From: Glaucostegus cemiculus
Lineage: Eukaryota
Length of the DNA stretch: 64,000 nucleotides
NCBI GenBank assembly: GCA_976551045.1
Contig: CDPCPM010000458.1
Location: 2,232,001-2,296,000 of the forward strand
Direction of reading: 5' to 3'
Made by a program: the position numbers and the translations under genes. The notes under the pieces are model-generated. The model had not been told where the DNA came from. It was given only the letters and a program-made list of their open reading frames with translations, and did no database searches. Within the stretch, counting starts at the first letter, position 1. Each line of letters opens with the position of its first letter. This document shows, one piece after another, positions 1 through 12,879 of this stretch.

Positions 1-454
1 GTAGCCAAAGTGGTCATAGAAAGCATGAGCTATGATCTTAATGAATGGCTGAGCCTGCCTGAGGTGTCGTATGACCCACCTGTGAGTTTTCTTACAGTAT
101 TCCTGAATGCTTTGAGTTCTCGTTTCATGATTTTACCCCCTTTGTTTTGGATTTCTAACTGAAACTAATGATTTCTCTACTGCCCCCCCTTCTCAATCGT
201 CTTAATCAGGTTAATTAGATCACATCTGGATTTAAGGAAACTCAGAGATATTTACAGCCTCTCCTCACAATTTCACTTTTTCAGCCCATTACCATTCTGG
301 TACATCTGCACCCCATCCAAGGCCAGTATATCCTTCCTGACTCCATCCAGATGTGGAAGATATAGCTTTTGTACATCTGGAACTAAACTTCTACCCTTCA
401 TGTTACCACGTTACCTCTTGAAATAGAGGTTAACCTTCCATTAAATTTTTAAAA

Positions 455-1070
455 AATGCAGGTACTAGAAATCTGAAATAAAAAATACTGGCAACACTCA
501 GTGGACCAGGCATCATTTGTGGAAGGAGAAACTCAGTTTATGTTTCAGGCTGAAGATCCTTCATCAGATCCGGGGAAGAGGGAAAAACAAGTTAGTTTTA
601 AGTGGGAGATGGCTGGATAGGTAAAAGGGAATAAGTTCAGGATTCTCCTGGGGATAACTTGCAGAGGTCAGGTTGATGCATCATTAGGGGTGATTGGAGA
701 AAGGAAAAATGATCAAAAGGGAGTTAGAGAGTGTGAATACAAACAAAGGAACATAAGAAGTTGGAAAAAGCATGGCTTTGAGACATACCCGGGTTGTGCT
801 AATGGAGAGAGAAAAAATGGAGCCAATACCATAGAGAGGTGACTTACAGCAGAAATGGCCAGTACTGATGCAGAGAGAGAAAGGGAGTTACCTGAAGTTG
901 TACGGTTTGATTTTGAGTTCAAATGCTTGCAAAGTGCCTGGGAGGAAGATGAGGTGCTGCTCCTCAAGCTTATATTGGGCCTCATTCTAGCAGCGCAGTA
1001 GGCCACAGAGAGGTAGGTCACAATGGGGGTTGGGTGGGGAATTAAAGTGGCAGGCCAGCAGAGCTCTGGG
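455..1070 (-). mobile_element. Penelope-like element (PLE) fragment: GIY-YIG C-terminus plus 3' pseudo-LTR
   Basis: Minus strand ~945-986 reads NEAQYKLEEQHLIF, matching the GIY-YIG tail of ORF 49921..50226. Hammerhead-like CTGATGA...GAAAC on the minus strand at ~540-570. Confidence 0.75.
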
Positions 1071-1770
1071 TCACCTCTCCATCCCACTCCCAGTCTGACC
1101 GTTCTGTCTGTGGTCTCACACATTGTTACAACAAGGTCCAACGTAAGCCTAAGGAACAGCACCTCATGTCTGCCTGGGCAGGTTGCAGTTTCTACAATGT
1201 CAGGTAATTTCCTTTCTCTGCCTGTATCAGGATTGGCCATTGCTGTTGTAAGTCAACCATCTGTGGCATTGACTCGGTTTTTCTTTCCCTGTTATCACAG
1301 CCTGGACACGTCCTGCAATCCTGAATTCACGTTTTACGCTCTGTTATTTGTATTCTCGTTCTCCAACTGCACTCATTGCATAGATCCTCTCTGTCTCTCT
1401 CTTTCTCTGTCTCTCTCTCTCTCTCTCTCTCACTCTCTGTCTGTCTGTCTCCCTCTCTGTCTGCCTCTCTCTCTGTCTGCCTGTCTCTCTCTCTGTCTCT
1501 CTCTCCCCTCTTCTCTCTCTCTCTATGTCCCCATTAACCTATCAACCTGAAGACCTCTACAACTTATCACCACGACAACCCTGACCTCACCCAATCACAG
1601 CTACTTCCTTTGTCCTAACCATCACCCTCCACCCTCCTTCAACTTTAAACTAGCTTGTTTTTTCTCTTTCCCAGATCTGGCAGGCTTCAACATCAAACAT
1701 TAAGTCATTTTTTCCTTCCAGTGATGCTGCCTGACCTGCTGTGTGGTTCAGCGTTTGCTATTTTTATTAA
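1071..1770 (+). mobile_element. Penelope-like fragment inverted relative to 455-1070
   Basis: Plus strand ~1087-1167 reads SQSDRSVCGLTHCYNKVQRKPKEQHLM (GIY-YIG tail). Ends in the pLTR motif GATGCTGCCTGACCTGCTG at ~1723-1741. Confidence 0.65.
1387..1525. repeat. (CT)n/(CTGT)n microsatellite
   Basis: Direct reading; explains the LSLSLS run in ORF 1023..1550. Confidence 0.95.
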
Positions 1771-3475
1771 CATCCCATTAGTTCTGATTTTGATTTTTGT
1801 CACTGCACACCACCTCACAAAACTGTTTATACATGGATCCCTCCCCTTCACTACTCCTCTACAATTTCCTATGTTTCAATATTTAGAAAATACTTTATTT
1901 TTCAATGACCAAAAGCAATCTGCCTGCTTTAAGGGGACAAGGCAATATCCCAGTCATCAGGTTGATACCATTATTAAACACACTGCCTGGGGCAGAGTTG
2001 ATAGTTCTGAATGTGGGTCTTTGAGGTTACACCCAGGATATCACATGACTGTGGCCTTTGCTTTAGCTGACCTGCTGAGTGTTCCAGTGTCTGTACCCAG
2101 CAGTACCTTGATTTCATGTGGACTAAATTAATCAGTGAAGACTGCAGTCTGTGCTGGGTGGGATCTCAGGGTGCCAAGATGGCTCAATCACACCGTAATG
2201 TTTGACCTTACATTTGAAGAGGTTGGCATCTTTTTCACACTCTATGTAAGAGGTTTTTGATGCACACTGATATTGAATATTGGAATCAAAACTGAACTAG
2301 ATATTCAACCATGCTTCCCCTTCCAGTGTGGGGTGGAGAGCACACAGACCAGTGATGCTTATTGTAATCGAGTATTGGCAAATGTATCCTACTTGGTAGG
2401 AATCACTATTTTCCCACTTGACTTGAAAGGCTTAGGTTCCAGCTGACCTCGAACCATCTCCTACCCATAAAGTGTTGTTTCTACTGTAAACATATACTAA
2501 ATTTTCACTCTTCTTGCTGTAATTCCACTGTGTCACACAAGCCAAGCCAGGAAAATACAACATTTTAGCCACAAGAGAAGCCTTCCAGGTGTGTCCACAC
2601 ATGTACTTGGTCAGTGTTCTGCTCATGTTCAAATACTGTCCACTCACCCAAGGAGGAACCACAGAAACATCAATGCTTGTTCAGCTTGTTTAACATCACC
2701 ACTGAGCCATGGGTCAAGATCTCCTGTCCAATCTTGCCTATCAGCCTTGGTCTGTTGCTCCTTTGTTTCTGGCCAGTCATCCAAAACCCAGCAACAATTG
2801 CTCTAATCAATGGTCTTTTGATAAGTTTCCTTTAAGAACGCAATAAAATATGCAAGTTAATGAACCTTTGAGGCAGCAGCCTCAACATCTGCAGGATCAA
2901 TCAATATGCCAGGCTGGTAATGAGCAGAAAGCATAAGGCGTTCCTCTGAACTCTTTCTTGAAATCAAAGTTAACTATAATCTTTATACTCACATGGTCAG
3001 CCACGTAATTGACTAATATATACATTGATTCACTGTGTGTGATCAACCTCATTTAAAAGCAATATAATTAAAGGTAGAAGAAAAACTTCCCTCAATCGAA
3101 AAGTTGCCTTTCAGAATGGCTGCAGCTAATTTCCTGATAATGAGCTACTTAACCTCACATAGCACGAGGGAACAAAAAACATTACCTCGTCTTCCCAGAG
3201 GCTACAAGTTCAAACGAGGCATCTTCGTCAAAGGGCAATGTGGAATTCATGCATCACTCCAAATGCAGGCTCGGAATTGTCCTGTGATAAAGGCTGGATG
3301 AAGTGTTGGGGGAAAATAACATTAGTCAACAGCCAACAGGGGAGGAAAATAAATAAATAATTCTCAATCCCAATCCCTTTCTGACCTTCTCCACTGCCAT
3401 CAGGAGGCCCAACATTAACTAGAACAACGTGGAATCATAGAATCATCCAACACAAAATATAACACAGAACAACAC

Positions 3476-3843
3476 AGACAGAACGCTGGAGGAACTCAGC
3501 AGGTCAGGCATCATCTATGAAGAGAAGTAAACAGTTTGACGTTTTGAGCTGAGACCCTTCATCAGGACTGGAAAGGAAGAGGGGAGAACCAGAATAAAAG
3601 GGTGTGGGAAGGGAGAGATCGAGCTGGCAGGTGACAGGTGAATCCAGGTGAGAGGGGGAAGATAGGTAGGTGGGAAGGTGGGAATGGTGTGATCCGGGTG
3701 AGAGGGGGACGGTAGGAAGGTCTTAGCCTGAAACATTAACTGTTTATTTCCCTCCATAGATGCTGCTTGACCTGCTGAGTTCCTCCAGCATTTTGTGTGT
3801 GTTGCTCCAGCTTCCAGCATCTGTAGTTTCTCTTGTGTCTCCA
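3476..3843. mobile_element. Penelope pseudo-LTR pair in inverted orientation
   Basis: GCTGGAGGAACTCAGCAGGTC at ~3485 and its reverse complement GACCTGCTGAGTTCCTCCAGC at ~3769. Decayed hammerhead at ~3532-3571. Confidence 0.8.
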
Positions 3844-3844
3844 T

Positions 3845-4493
3845 ATAATACAGACACTATCTTTCCAGCCTATCTCATCCATGCTGACCCTCATGCATAC
3901 CTGTGCTGACCCTGTTTGCTCACATGAGGCCAGTATGCCCATCCTATACATTATAATTGCATCTGCCTCCACTACCTTCTCTGGCAGCTAATTCTAGATA
4001 ACCATCACCCTCTGTGTAAAGAACGTATGGATCAGATCTCCTTTAAGTTTCTCCCCTCTAATTAAACCTTTCCCGCTGGTTCTAGACTCCCCTTCCCTGG
4101 GAAAAAGACTCTGACAATCAGTCTGACGTATGACTCTCATAATTCTATAAACCTCCATAAGGTCATCCCGACTTTCAAGTGAGAACAAACGCAGCGTATT
4201 CAATCTCTCCCTATAACTGCAGCCCTCCACTCCAGCTGGGCAACATCTGGTGAATCTCTTCTGCATTCTCTCCATTGCTGCCATATCCCTCCTATAGTCT
4301 GGTGACCAGAACTGTACAGAATACTTAAAGTGTTGTCTAACCAACGTTTTGTACAGCTGCTATACGGTTTTTCTACTCTTATACTCAAAGCCTTGACCTG
4401 TGAAGGTAGGCACACTGAATGCATTTTTCACTGCACTATCCACCTGTTTTTCCACTATGGACTTGCACCCCAAGGTCTCCCTGCACATCAATG
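3845..4493 (-). mobile_element. CR1 LINE 3' fragment (RT C-terminus), decayed
   Basis: ORF 3994..4344 has YSVQFWSPDYRRD...MQKRFTR...FFTQRV, canonical for the CR1 ORF2 C-terminus. Confidence 0.9.
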
Positions 4494-4610
4494 CAGGGTT
4501 TTGACCTGACAATTCATTTCCCCCCCACAGATGCTGCTCAGCCCACTGAGTTCCTCCACCAGCTTGCTTGTTGCACCAGATTCCAGTACCTGCAGTCTCT
4601 TGTGTCTCCC
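4494..4610 (+). mobile_element. Penelope pseudo-LTR end fragment
   Basis: CTGAGTTCCTCCACCAG...AGATTCCAGTACCTGCAGTCTCTTGTGTCTC, same terminus as 3770-3843. Confidence 0.7.
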
Positions 4611-6789
4611 TGGAGGGATGGACGATGAGGACACGTGAAACCCCTGCTTACCTCTTGGTTTGGTCACTTCCTTTGGCCTGGGTCTTTGGATTCCTCTGAT
4701 GGAGGGAGGAGGTTAGATTTAAGCAGCAGGGGCTGTCCTTTAACCTGGTCAAGCTCTGAGCACAAGACACCTCCCTCTTGTCTGCTGCCTCTACTGGGCA
4801 ACCTTTTCCTGATAGGCAAGAGGTTATATCCTTATCTGATGAACAACAACAAAACTGTCGCTTCATAGGAGAGAGCTGTCAGGTCAGGGTGAAGTGGGTG
4901 GGGGTGGATGTGAGAAGATGCTGAGTGCTGGGGATTATGCCTCCTCAGTTGGGGAGAGGGATTCAAACTCACATCTAGGGCCGGACTCCATGGTGCATTG
5001 GGGATCTGGGTGAAGCAAGTACTTAACGTAAGGATGGACTCCAAAACAGGATGCCGGTGCTGGATTTCCTCAGGTGGGGGTTCCAGTAAGTCATGCAGAA
5101 GCAGAATTATCCTGAGTGCATCAGTTTGTGATTTGTGCCATTCCCTATCCAAGTTCTGTGTGGACAAAGTGCACAGAACTGGCATCCATACATGCAATAC
5201 CAGCCAGGCCACCTTGTATGTCTGAGGACCACCAAGTGTTAAAGCACTGACTGTGATTCATCCTGTAAGTTTCTGATTTCTCTTATAGATAGCTTTGCCC
5301 ATGAATTTGAACCAGATAGTGCACAAAACCATTCCAATGCATGACTGAATTTCTGGGCCATTGAATTCATAGCCTCCTGAGGTCAGAGACAGGTGTTATT
5401 TTTTGAGTTATGCCTGACACAATGAGCAGAGGAGCTGTTGCCGGAGACTCAGTGAAAGGCTGCAGTACATCTTGTGATATCACAGACTGCAGTGGTTGTG
5501 GAGTTGCAAGTTAAAGTCAAATGGCTTGATCACGTACCACACCTCCTCATCAAATGTGTTTTTACCAGATGTTAGGTAAGCGGTAATTAAACGTAATTAT
5601 TCATTTTAAATTAAAATGATATTGATGCACACATTTTTGATATCACCAGGAATTTGTTTCAATCTCAGTCCCTTCCTGTCTGCACTGTGATGTTTCCATG
5701 AAATACTTTCAGGAGCTGATATAATTCTAGATGGAGAAAGTACTTTGTCATGTTCAGTGTTTATGAAGTTCTGAGTGAGTGAAATCTGTACTTTAGAAGA
5801 TGGAGCTAGCCTTAATTCCTAAAAGGTTGAGGAAGATGTCAGTGAGGTTTTGAAGTCCAATATCTCTGAAGTGCTTCACTTTGAAATTTAATGACAGTAG
5901 ATATCATGAACACAGAAGTCTGTGATACTCAACAATGCTGTATTTTACTTCGATAAACCTATCTCTCTACTAGATCTTGGGGAAAAATACTATGATTGAA
6001 AGCAGGCAGTGTGCAACGCTGAATGATAAGTTTCTCTCCATTGTGGCTTGGGTGAAATATTATCTTTCACTCACTGCCACTGAGTCAGAATCCTGGAATC
6101 CCCCATGTAAATGCACCACAGAAACACTTTCATTACACACCTGTAGGTGTTCAAAAAGGCAGCAATCTCTGTAAGAAGGACTGAGAAATGAATTCCAGTG
6201 ACATGCACATCCCAGGAAGGAATATGAGAAATAGTCTCTGTTTTCTGCTCAAATCCTCCTCTTTCCTCATTTCTTCTTCAAATCTTGCTCTAACTGAGAT
6301 GAATCCTGCTGCTGACAGTGCCTTGTGCCATTAAGATGGCAAAACAACCATCACTGCTCAAAGCAAATCACTCTCTGCGCTGACTGGGGACGTTCCTGAA
6401 AGGCAATCTTCAATTCCAGATAAATGCAAGTCTTCTGGCATTGACTCTGTTTGGACAGAGGGTAAAGCACTAAAGGACTGAGAGCCAAGAAGTTGTCTGT
6501 GCCAATTAAACCATTATTTTGGCTTGACATCGATTGATGTCTTATTTGGCTGTATGGACCTGCTATTTTTATTGGCTTCTTGTGAAATCATGTCAGGGTA
6601 TCCATAATCAATTATTTGGTGGCCACGTGCCCACAGTCTTGTTACTACTTTATTTATCCTTCCCCCCAAAAATATACAGATTTTTTGCAGGAAGAGTTTG
6701 TGGCTGCTTATTGAATTGCAAAGAACAGCTGGGGTTGGATACCTTCCTACTGATGTGAAGAAAATTTGAATTATAAATGCCAGCAAAAG

Positions 6790-7052
6790 GAAGGACATCC
6801 CAAAGCACACTATAATGAAGTATCTTGGAAGCATAGTCACTGTTGCAATGTAATTCACATTTAGCAAAGCTCTACAAATGACAAATGACCCAGTTAATCA
6901 GCTTTTTAAGCATTGGTTGAGCAGTGAATATTAGTCTAAGCGCTCTGGAAAACTCCCTTGCTCTTCAAGTAGTTTATTAAAACTGAGAGGGCGGGTGGTG
7001 CCCTGGTTTAAAATAGCTCCAGACGACAATGCAGCCTTACCTCAGTACCGGG
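6790..7052 (-). mobile_element. Ancient Deu-domain SINE (SacSINE1-like), degenerate
   Basis: GGACATCCCAAAGCAC...GTCACTGTTGCAATGTA...CCTCAGTAC match my recollection of the SacSINE1/DeuSINE consensus; same family as 43560-43850. Confidence 0.55.
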
Positions 7053-7364
7053 TGTTGATGCTGCTGTAAAGCTGAGAAGGATCTTAATGGGTCAGGGCTG
7101 CAGAACGAGTGGGAGTGAAGTGTGAAGGTACTGCAGTTGGCACTGAAGAAAGGAGGAAGGCTTGTGCCAGGAAACTCAGCTGTTTAAAAGTCAAGATATG
7201 TTTGGTCAGAGTGATGATGCTGAACGTCCATGCCTCAACAAATCAGACTGTCAATTTCAAGGAATTACGTTTCCTTAAATGTTCTAAATTTACCTTCCAT
7301 TTGACAAGACGGTGCAAGCTCTTGCATTATCGTGTAACTCAGAATCTGCCTTCATGGAAATAAC

Positions 7365-7723
7365 TACATTCCAGCTTGTATGTCTGAGTCAACACACACA
7401 ATGCCGGAGTCAACACACACAATGCCGGAGTCAACACACACAATGCCGGAGTCAACACACACAATGCCAGAGGAACTCAGCAGTTCAGGCAGAATCCAGG
7501 GACAGAAATGGACAGTCAATGCTTTGGGTCGAGACCCTTCATCTGGACAGGAGGGGAGACAGCCGGGGTAAAAAGGAGGGAGGAAAGGGTGGGGCAAGAG
7601 CTGGCAGGTGACAGGTGGGTCCAGGTGAGGGGGGAGGGGGTGATAGGCTGATGGGGGAGGGGAGAGTGGTAATAATGCCAGAAGCTGGGAGGTGATGGTA
7701 AAGGTGATGGAGGTCCAAAGATG
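7365..7723 (-). mobile_element. Penelope pseudo-LTR/3' UTR running into the assembly gap
   Basis: GAGGAACTCAGC motif, decayed hammerhead at ~7512-7550 and a purine-rich UTR like 3575-3700. Confidence 0.75.
7386..7469. repeat. 21-bp tandem repeat x4 (GAGTCAACACACACAATGCCG)
   Basis: Units start at 7386, 7407, 7428 and 7449. Confidence 0.95.
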
Positions 7724-7959
7724 NNNNNNNNNNNNNNNNNNNNNNNNNNNNNNNNNNNNNNNNNNNNNNNNNNNNNNNNNNNNNNNNNNNNNNNNNNNNN
7801 NNNNNNNNNNNNNNNNNNNNNNNNNNNNNNNNNNNNNNNNNNNNNNNNNNNNNNNNNNNNNNNNNNNNNNNNNNNNNNNNNNNNNNNNNNNNNNNNNNNN
7901 NNNNNNNNNNNNNNNNNNNNNNNNNNNNNNNNNNNNNNNNNNNNNNNNNNNNNNNNNNN
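7724..7959. other. Assembly gap (236 N)
   Basis: Run of N. Confidence 1.
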
Positions 7960-8714
7960 GGGTGTGGATGTGTGGAGTCTGTGAGTGTGTCCTACAATGA
8001 ACCAGAAAGTTAATATTAGCTTTCTTAGTTCTCCAAACCAACATCTGACTGTTGCATTTTGAAATGCTTGACAGAGGCTGACTGACATTAAAAGCAACCC
8101 ATTATTGCATCATTATGGCAGAGGGAAAAGGGTGAACACTTGATTTATCTCTCCCATTTTACTGTCTCCTCTAGCGAGACCAACACACGCTCGGTCAAAT
8201 CGCAAAGGGCCATCAACCATCTGATTCATCATCCGGGGAACAATTCTTCACAAACCAAGCCAGTTGGTAACTATTCGACAGAGGAAGGCTTTAATACTGC
8301 AGTACTATCTGTCCAAGTTGCTCTGGCAGCAATTCAAGGATTTCTACTAAATTGGAAATACTGCTGCACTCTGGTTTCTGTGATTTTATTTGTTAAGATC
8401 CATTCCGCATCCTAAAAAAGGTTTCGAGCTTTAAGTGAATTGCATAGATTTTAATTTTAACACATCCTTTAATTCTTTAAGTGTTTCAATAACATTTCTA
8501 ATTGACCATACTGCTGAACCTGCCTATTCTCTATCTCAGCACGTGCATTGCTGAGAAGGCATCGGCAAACAGTGATCAGGAACCAGGATCTTGGCGGGCT
8601 TTTGACTCCAAATACTTTGCTCCCACGACAGGCTGGAGATCAACAAACCCAGCCTAGCCTGGACACAGAACTAAAGGCCAGAGTCCAAGCACCTGGGGTC
8701 TGGGATAAGAACAG

Positions 8715-10320
8715 AAGACCACACAAAACACAGGAGCAGGATTAGACCATTTGGCCCATCGAGTCTACTCCTCCATTCGATCACAGCTGATTTATTTTTC
8801 CCTCTGAACCTCATTGTCTGCCATCTCCCTGTAACCTTTGGCACCCTCACTAATCAAGAATCTATCAACCTCTGCTTTAAATATACCCAGTGACTTGGGC
8901 TCCACAGCCATCTCTGGCAATGAATTCCACAGATTCACTGCCCTCTGGCTCAAAGAATTCCTCCTCATCTCAATTCTAAAGGGACATCCTTCTCTTCTGG
9001 ACCGAGACTCTCTCACAACTGGACATACATCCTCTCCACATCCACTCTATCGAGGCCTTTCAATATTCAGTAGGTTTCAATGAGGTCCCCCCTCATCCTT
9101 CTAAACTCCAGTGAGTGCAGACCCAGAGCCATCAAATGCTCCTCATATGCTAACCCTTTCATTCTCTGGACCATTCTTGTAAACCTCCTCTGGGCCGTTT
9201 CCAGTGCCAGCACATCCTTCCTTAGATATGGGGCCCAAAACTGTTCTCAATACTCCAAATGTGGCTTAACCATTGCCTTATAAAGCCTTAGGATTACATC
9301 CTTGTCTTTATATTCTCATCCTCGCAAAATGAATGTTAACCTTGCATTTGCCTTCCTTACTGCTGACTCAGCCTGGAAGTTAACCTTCAGGGAATCCTAC
9401 ATTTGGACTCCCAAGTCCCTTTGCAGCTCCCATTTCTGAATTTGCTCCCTGTTTAGAAAATAGTCAGAATCAGAATCAGAATCAGAATCAGTTTTATTGT
9501 CACAACCATATACATACATGGTACGCATAGGAGCGAGATACCGTCCTCCACAGGAACACGTCTCATAGAAAAGAATAACATAACAACCAACAGAGAGACA
9601 CATACACAGTACAAAATACACAGTACAAAACATTACCCATTAGTTCTTACATAAATATATCTTAAAGTGAACGGGCTGGTGTCAGGCATTTGGAGTGCTG
9701 GTGCATTTCTGTGCACCTAGCATCTCCTAGTGTTAACAAAGGAAGATGGAGGGATGAGAGAGTTTGCAGTTCTTATGGCTTGCGGAAAGAAGCTATTGTT
9801 CAGCCTGGACGTTCTTGCCCTGATACATTTAAGCCTCCTCCCTGATGGCAAAATTGTGAAGAGGTGGTGGGAGGGGTGAGAGGGGTCGGCCATTATGCTT
9901 TTTGTCTTCCTCACACAACGGTCTTTGTATATGTCTGCGAGGGATGGAAGCGAGACACCTATGATCCACTCCGCAGCCTTAGCTATCTTCTGGAGGGACT
10001 TCCGCCCAGCAGCTGAGCAGCTTCCAAACCAAACAGAGATACATTGAGTTAGGATGCTCTCAATGGTCCCCCTGTAGAAGGATTTCATGACTGAGGGGTG
10101 TGGGTACGCTTTCCTCAGTCTCCGCAGGAAGTAGAGGCGTTTCTGAGTCTATGCCTTTATTCCTTCTACCAAGGTGCATGACCGTACACTTCCCTAGACT
10201 GTATTCCATTTACCGCGTCTTTACCCGTTTTTCCAACCTGTCCAAGTCATTATGCAGACTCCCTGCTTCCTCAACACCACCTGCCTTCCACCTATCTTTG
10301 TATCATCCGCAAACTTTTAT
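8715..10320 (-). mobile_element. CR1 LINE 3' fragment interrupted by a Rex/Babar insertion at ~9464-10146
   Basis: ORF 8792..9016 has FRIEMRRNSLSQRAVNLWNSLP. CR1 sequence rejoins across the insertion as TTTAGAAAATAGTC|TATGCCTTTATTCC. Confidence 0.9.
9464..10146 (-). mobile_element. Rex1/Babar LINE, 5'-truncated, young, with (TTCTGA)n tail
   Basis: ORF 9717..10088 has FYRGTIESILTQCISVWFG...DPSHPSHHLF..LPSGRR...RLNNSFFPQAIR. AATAAA then a microsatellite tail; AGTC at both junctions. Confidence 0.9.
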
Positions 10321-10449
10321 TAAATCTGCGAAGGATCTCCTTTACTTCTCCAGATCTGTACATTGTTTTGCACGATTATGGCAACATAAAGGCTCACAAA
10401 GTGGTTCACTTATTTCTCTGAAAACACCTCTCAGCAAAGGCAAACATTG

Positions 10450-10890
10450 ATCACAAAAACGAACCTGTCCTTCATTGACCGTCTACACCTCCCACTGCCT
10501 CATGAAAGCAGCCAATATAATCAAGGATCCCCCCTCCCCCACTGGTCATTCTCTCTTCGTCCCTCTCACATTGGGCAGAAGGTACAAAAGCCTGAGAGCA
10601 TGAACCATCAGACACAAGGACAGCTTCCATCCCACTGTTACCAGACTCTGAAATGGACCTCTCGTATGCTAAAAGATGAACTCTTGATCTTCCTATCCAC
10701 CGTGTCTTGGCCCTTGCACTTTATTTGTCTGTCTGTACTGCACTTTCCCTGTAACTACAACACCATATTCTGCATTGTTTTCTTTTTACTGCCTCAGTGT
10801 AGTTATGTATAGCATTATCTGTCTGGATGGCATGCAAACAATAGCTTTTCACTGTATTGTGGTACATGTGACATTAATAAACCGATACCA
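10450..10890 (+). mobile_element. Rex1/Babar LINE 3' fragment, decayed
   Basis: IIKDP..P.H..FS..P.GRRYKSL-like remnant. Ends TTTTCACTGT...GTACATGTGAC..AATAAACCGATACC. Confidence 0.8.
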
Positions 10891-11315
10891 AAGTCACCAC
10901 CTGATTGAATCTGCAAGCACAGCCTTTGGCTACTTGAAGATCAAGAGCTCAGCCCTGGCACACAGCTGATAGTCTACTGGGCAGCAAGGATCTCTGTCCT
11001 CAAGCATGCTTCTGAGACCTGAACTACCTACAGCGGGCATTTGAAGACTCTGGAAAAATACCACCTGTGTTCTCACTGCAAAAATAGAAGGATAAGCAAA
11101 TCGACATCAGTGTCTTCTCCCAGTCCAACAGCCTCAGCATTAAGGCCCTTAGTTACTCTCAGCCCAGTATGTTGGGCAGGCCATATCGTTTGGATGCCAG
11201 ATCCCAAAACAGAGTTCCAAGCTCTGTTGCGTGAGGAAAATTACCTGGGTGACAGAGAAAAAGATTCAAGGATGCGCTGAAAGTCTTCTTGAAGAAGTGC
11301 AATGTCCCCTGAGAA

Positions 11316-11420
11316 TGGAGACACAAGAGAGACTGCAGGTGCTGGAAATCTGGAGCAATGCACACAAAATGCTGGAGGAACTCAGTAGGTCAGGAATTTC
11401 TATGGAGGAAAATGAACCAA
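11316..11420 (-). mobile_element. Penelope pseudo-LTR end fragment
   Basis: GGAGACACAAGAGAGACTGCAGGTGCTGGAAATCTGGAGCAA...GGAGGAACTCAG. Confidence 0.8.
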
Positions 11421-12879
11421 CATCCCCTGAGAATGTCTGACCCCCTTCTGCTCAGCATGTCATTGAGAAACAGAAGCCCAAGGGTTAGCAGCACACGGAG
11501 GTCGGGGGAAGAAAATGGAAGAAGCACACTGCCTCATAAAATACCCACCCACCTGCCTGTAAGGCACATCTTGCCCCATCTGTCGTAGGGTCCACGTTCC
11601 AATGCTGGCCTCATCAGCCACCTCAGAACACAGTAAAACAGAGTTAAAGCAAGGCATCCTCGATCCTAAGGTGCTGCCTAAGCAGAAGCCATTGCCAAGG
11701 CGCTGAGGATGCTGTGTGAAAGTTCTAATCATTTGGAGGCTTTAACTGCAGTTTCATTTTGCAACTTAACAGATGGTGTGAGCATGAGAGGGGTTGACTG
11801 ATGTTAGCCTCACCTATTTCACAAATGCACCCACGACTCCCCAAATAATCAATCCTACCACAAGAATGAAGATCTTCAAAAAAGATAGCATCTCCCTATC
11901 CAGCTGTTATGTATCTCGGAGCTGATTGCAGTGACATTCTGTCAGAACATGCTTCAAAATCTTAACAATCTGCTCCTGATCCTGTGTCTCTTATCATAGG
12001 TGGAATTTTGAGAGTATACCAGTGTTCTACAATCTCAGCACAACTAATTAGCTATAGAATTAAAATAATGAATTATTATTTGGAGTGGAGACACTGGTAG
12101 TTAAGTGCTGCCTTCATTTTGCGAGCATTAAGACCCTAAAAACAGCGGCTGGATAAATGACATTTCATCTGCGGTTGTTCAGGCAGAGATGTTGCTGTGA
12201 TACTGAGGTTCAAGCCAATATCGGAGGGTGCTGAATGTCCATTAGCGTTTCTAGGGTCTCCCATTGCAAGACCCCAGGTGAACACCTGGGGAAAGGCTGA
12301 CACTGCCAAGCTCACATCACCATTTCTTTGGAGATATTTGAATCTTTTGCTTTATTTACCCTTTGAGACTTGAACAGCTACTATCAAACTGCATGAGTTT
12401 AAAACCACCCACATCCATTATCGTGCTCTCAGCCAAGTTTGATACAGTTTAATTTTTTAGTCTATCGTCCTAAGAGCAAAACCAAACAATTCATGAGCAG
12501 CATTTTGAATTGTTCAAATATTGTCGCAAAATTCAAGCTCAGGTGAATTCAGGGGCTGTTTTGTTATTAGATAAGCCTATACTATTCAGCATTCAAAAGA
12601 TAGCCTGGAACTTCATGGAGACAAGTCTATCATCATTGTGCTCTGAGTTGACAGGAAAGAAAGCAAAAGTTAACTACATAACAGAAATAACATAAAGATG
12701 GTGAACCATTTTTCACATCCTTCTGTCCTTGCAGAAAATGCTTTATTATATTTTTCTTACATTTATTCACTAGATGTACTGGCAAGGACAGTATTTATTG
12801 TCCAACTCTAATTGTCCTGGGGAGGTGTGGTGAGCTCCCTCTTTGAGTTGCTGTGCTTCATGTGGTGAAACACAGCAGA

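Noticed and set aside
1023-1550. 175-aa ORF, and similar long ORFs at 14659-15267, 26480-26993, 30499-30984 and 49979-50470
   Set aside because: Open only because of microsatellite or low-complexity Penelope UTR sequence; no host protein motif.
3186-3281. Minus-strand 96-nt segment with good CAG/GTAAT splice signals
   Set aside because: Stop codons in all three frames; nothing supports a non-coding exon.
4648-5220. Faint resemblance to Harbinger transposase motifs (RWPG, KG.P) on the minus strand
   Set aside because: Matches are too short and the spacing is unconvincing without an HMM search.
7364-8097. Long ORFs of 87-226 aa
   Set aside because: Artefacts of translating through the N gap.
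8175-8266. Plus-strand candidate exon (pyrimidine tract-TAG ... GTAACT)
   Set aside because: Peptide not recognisable and no partner exons; needs RNA-seq.
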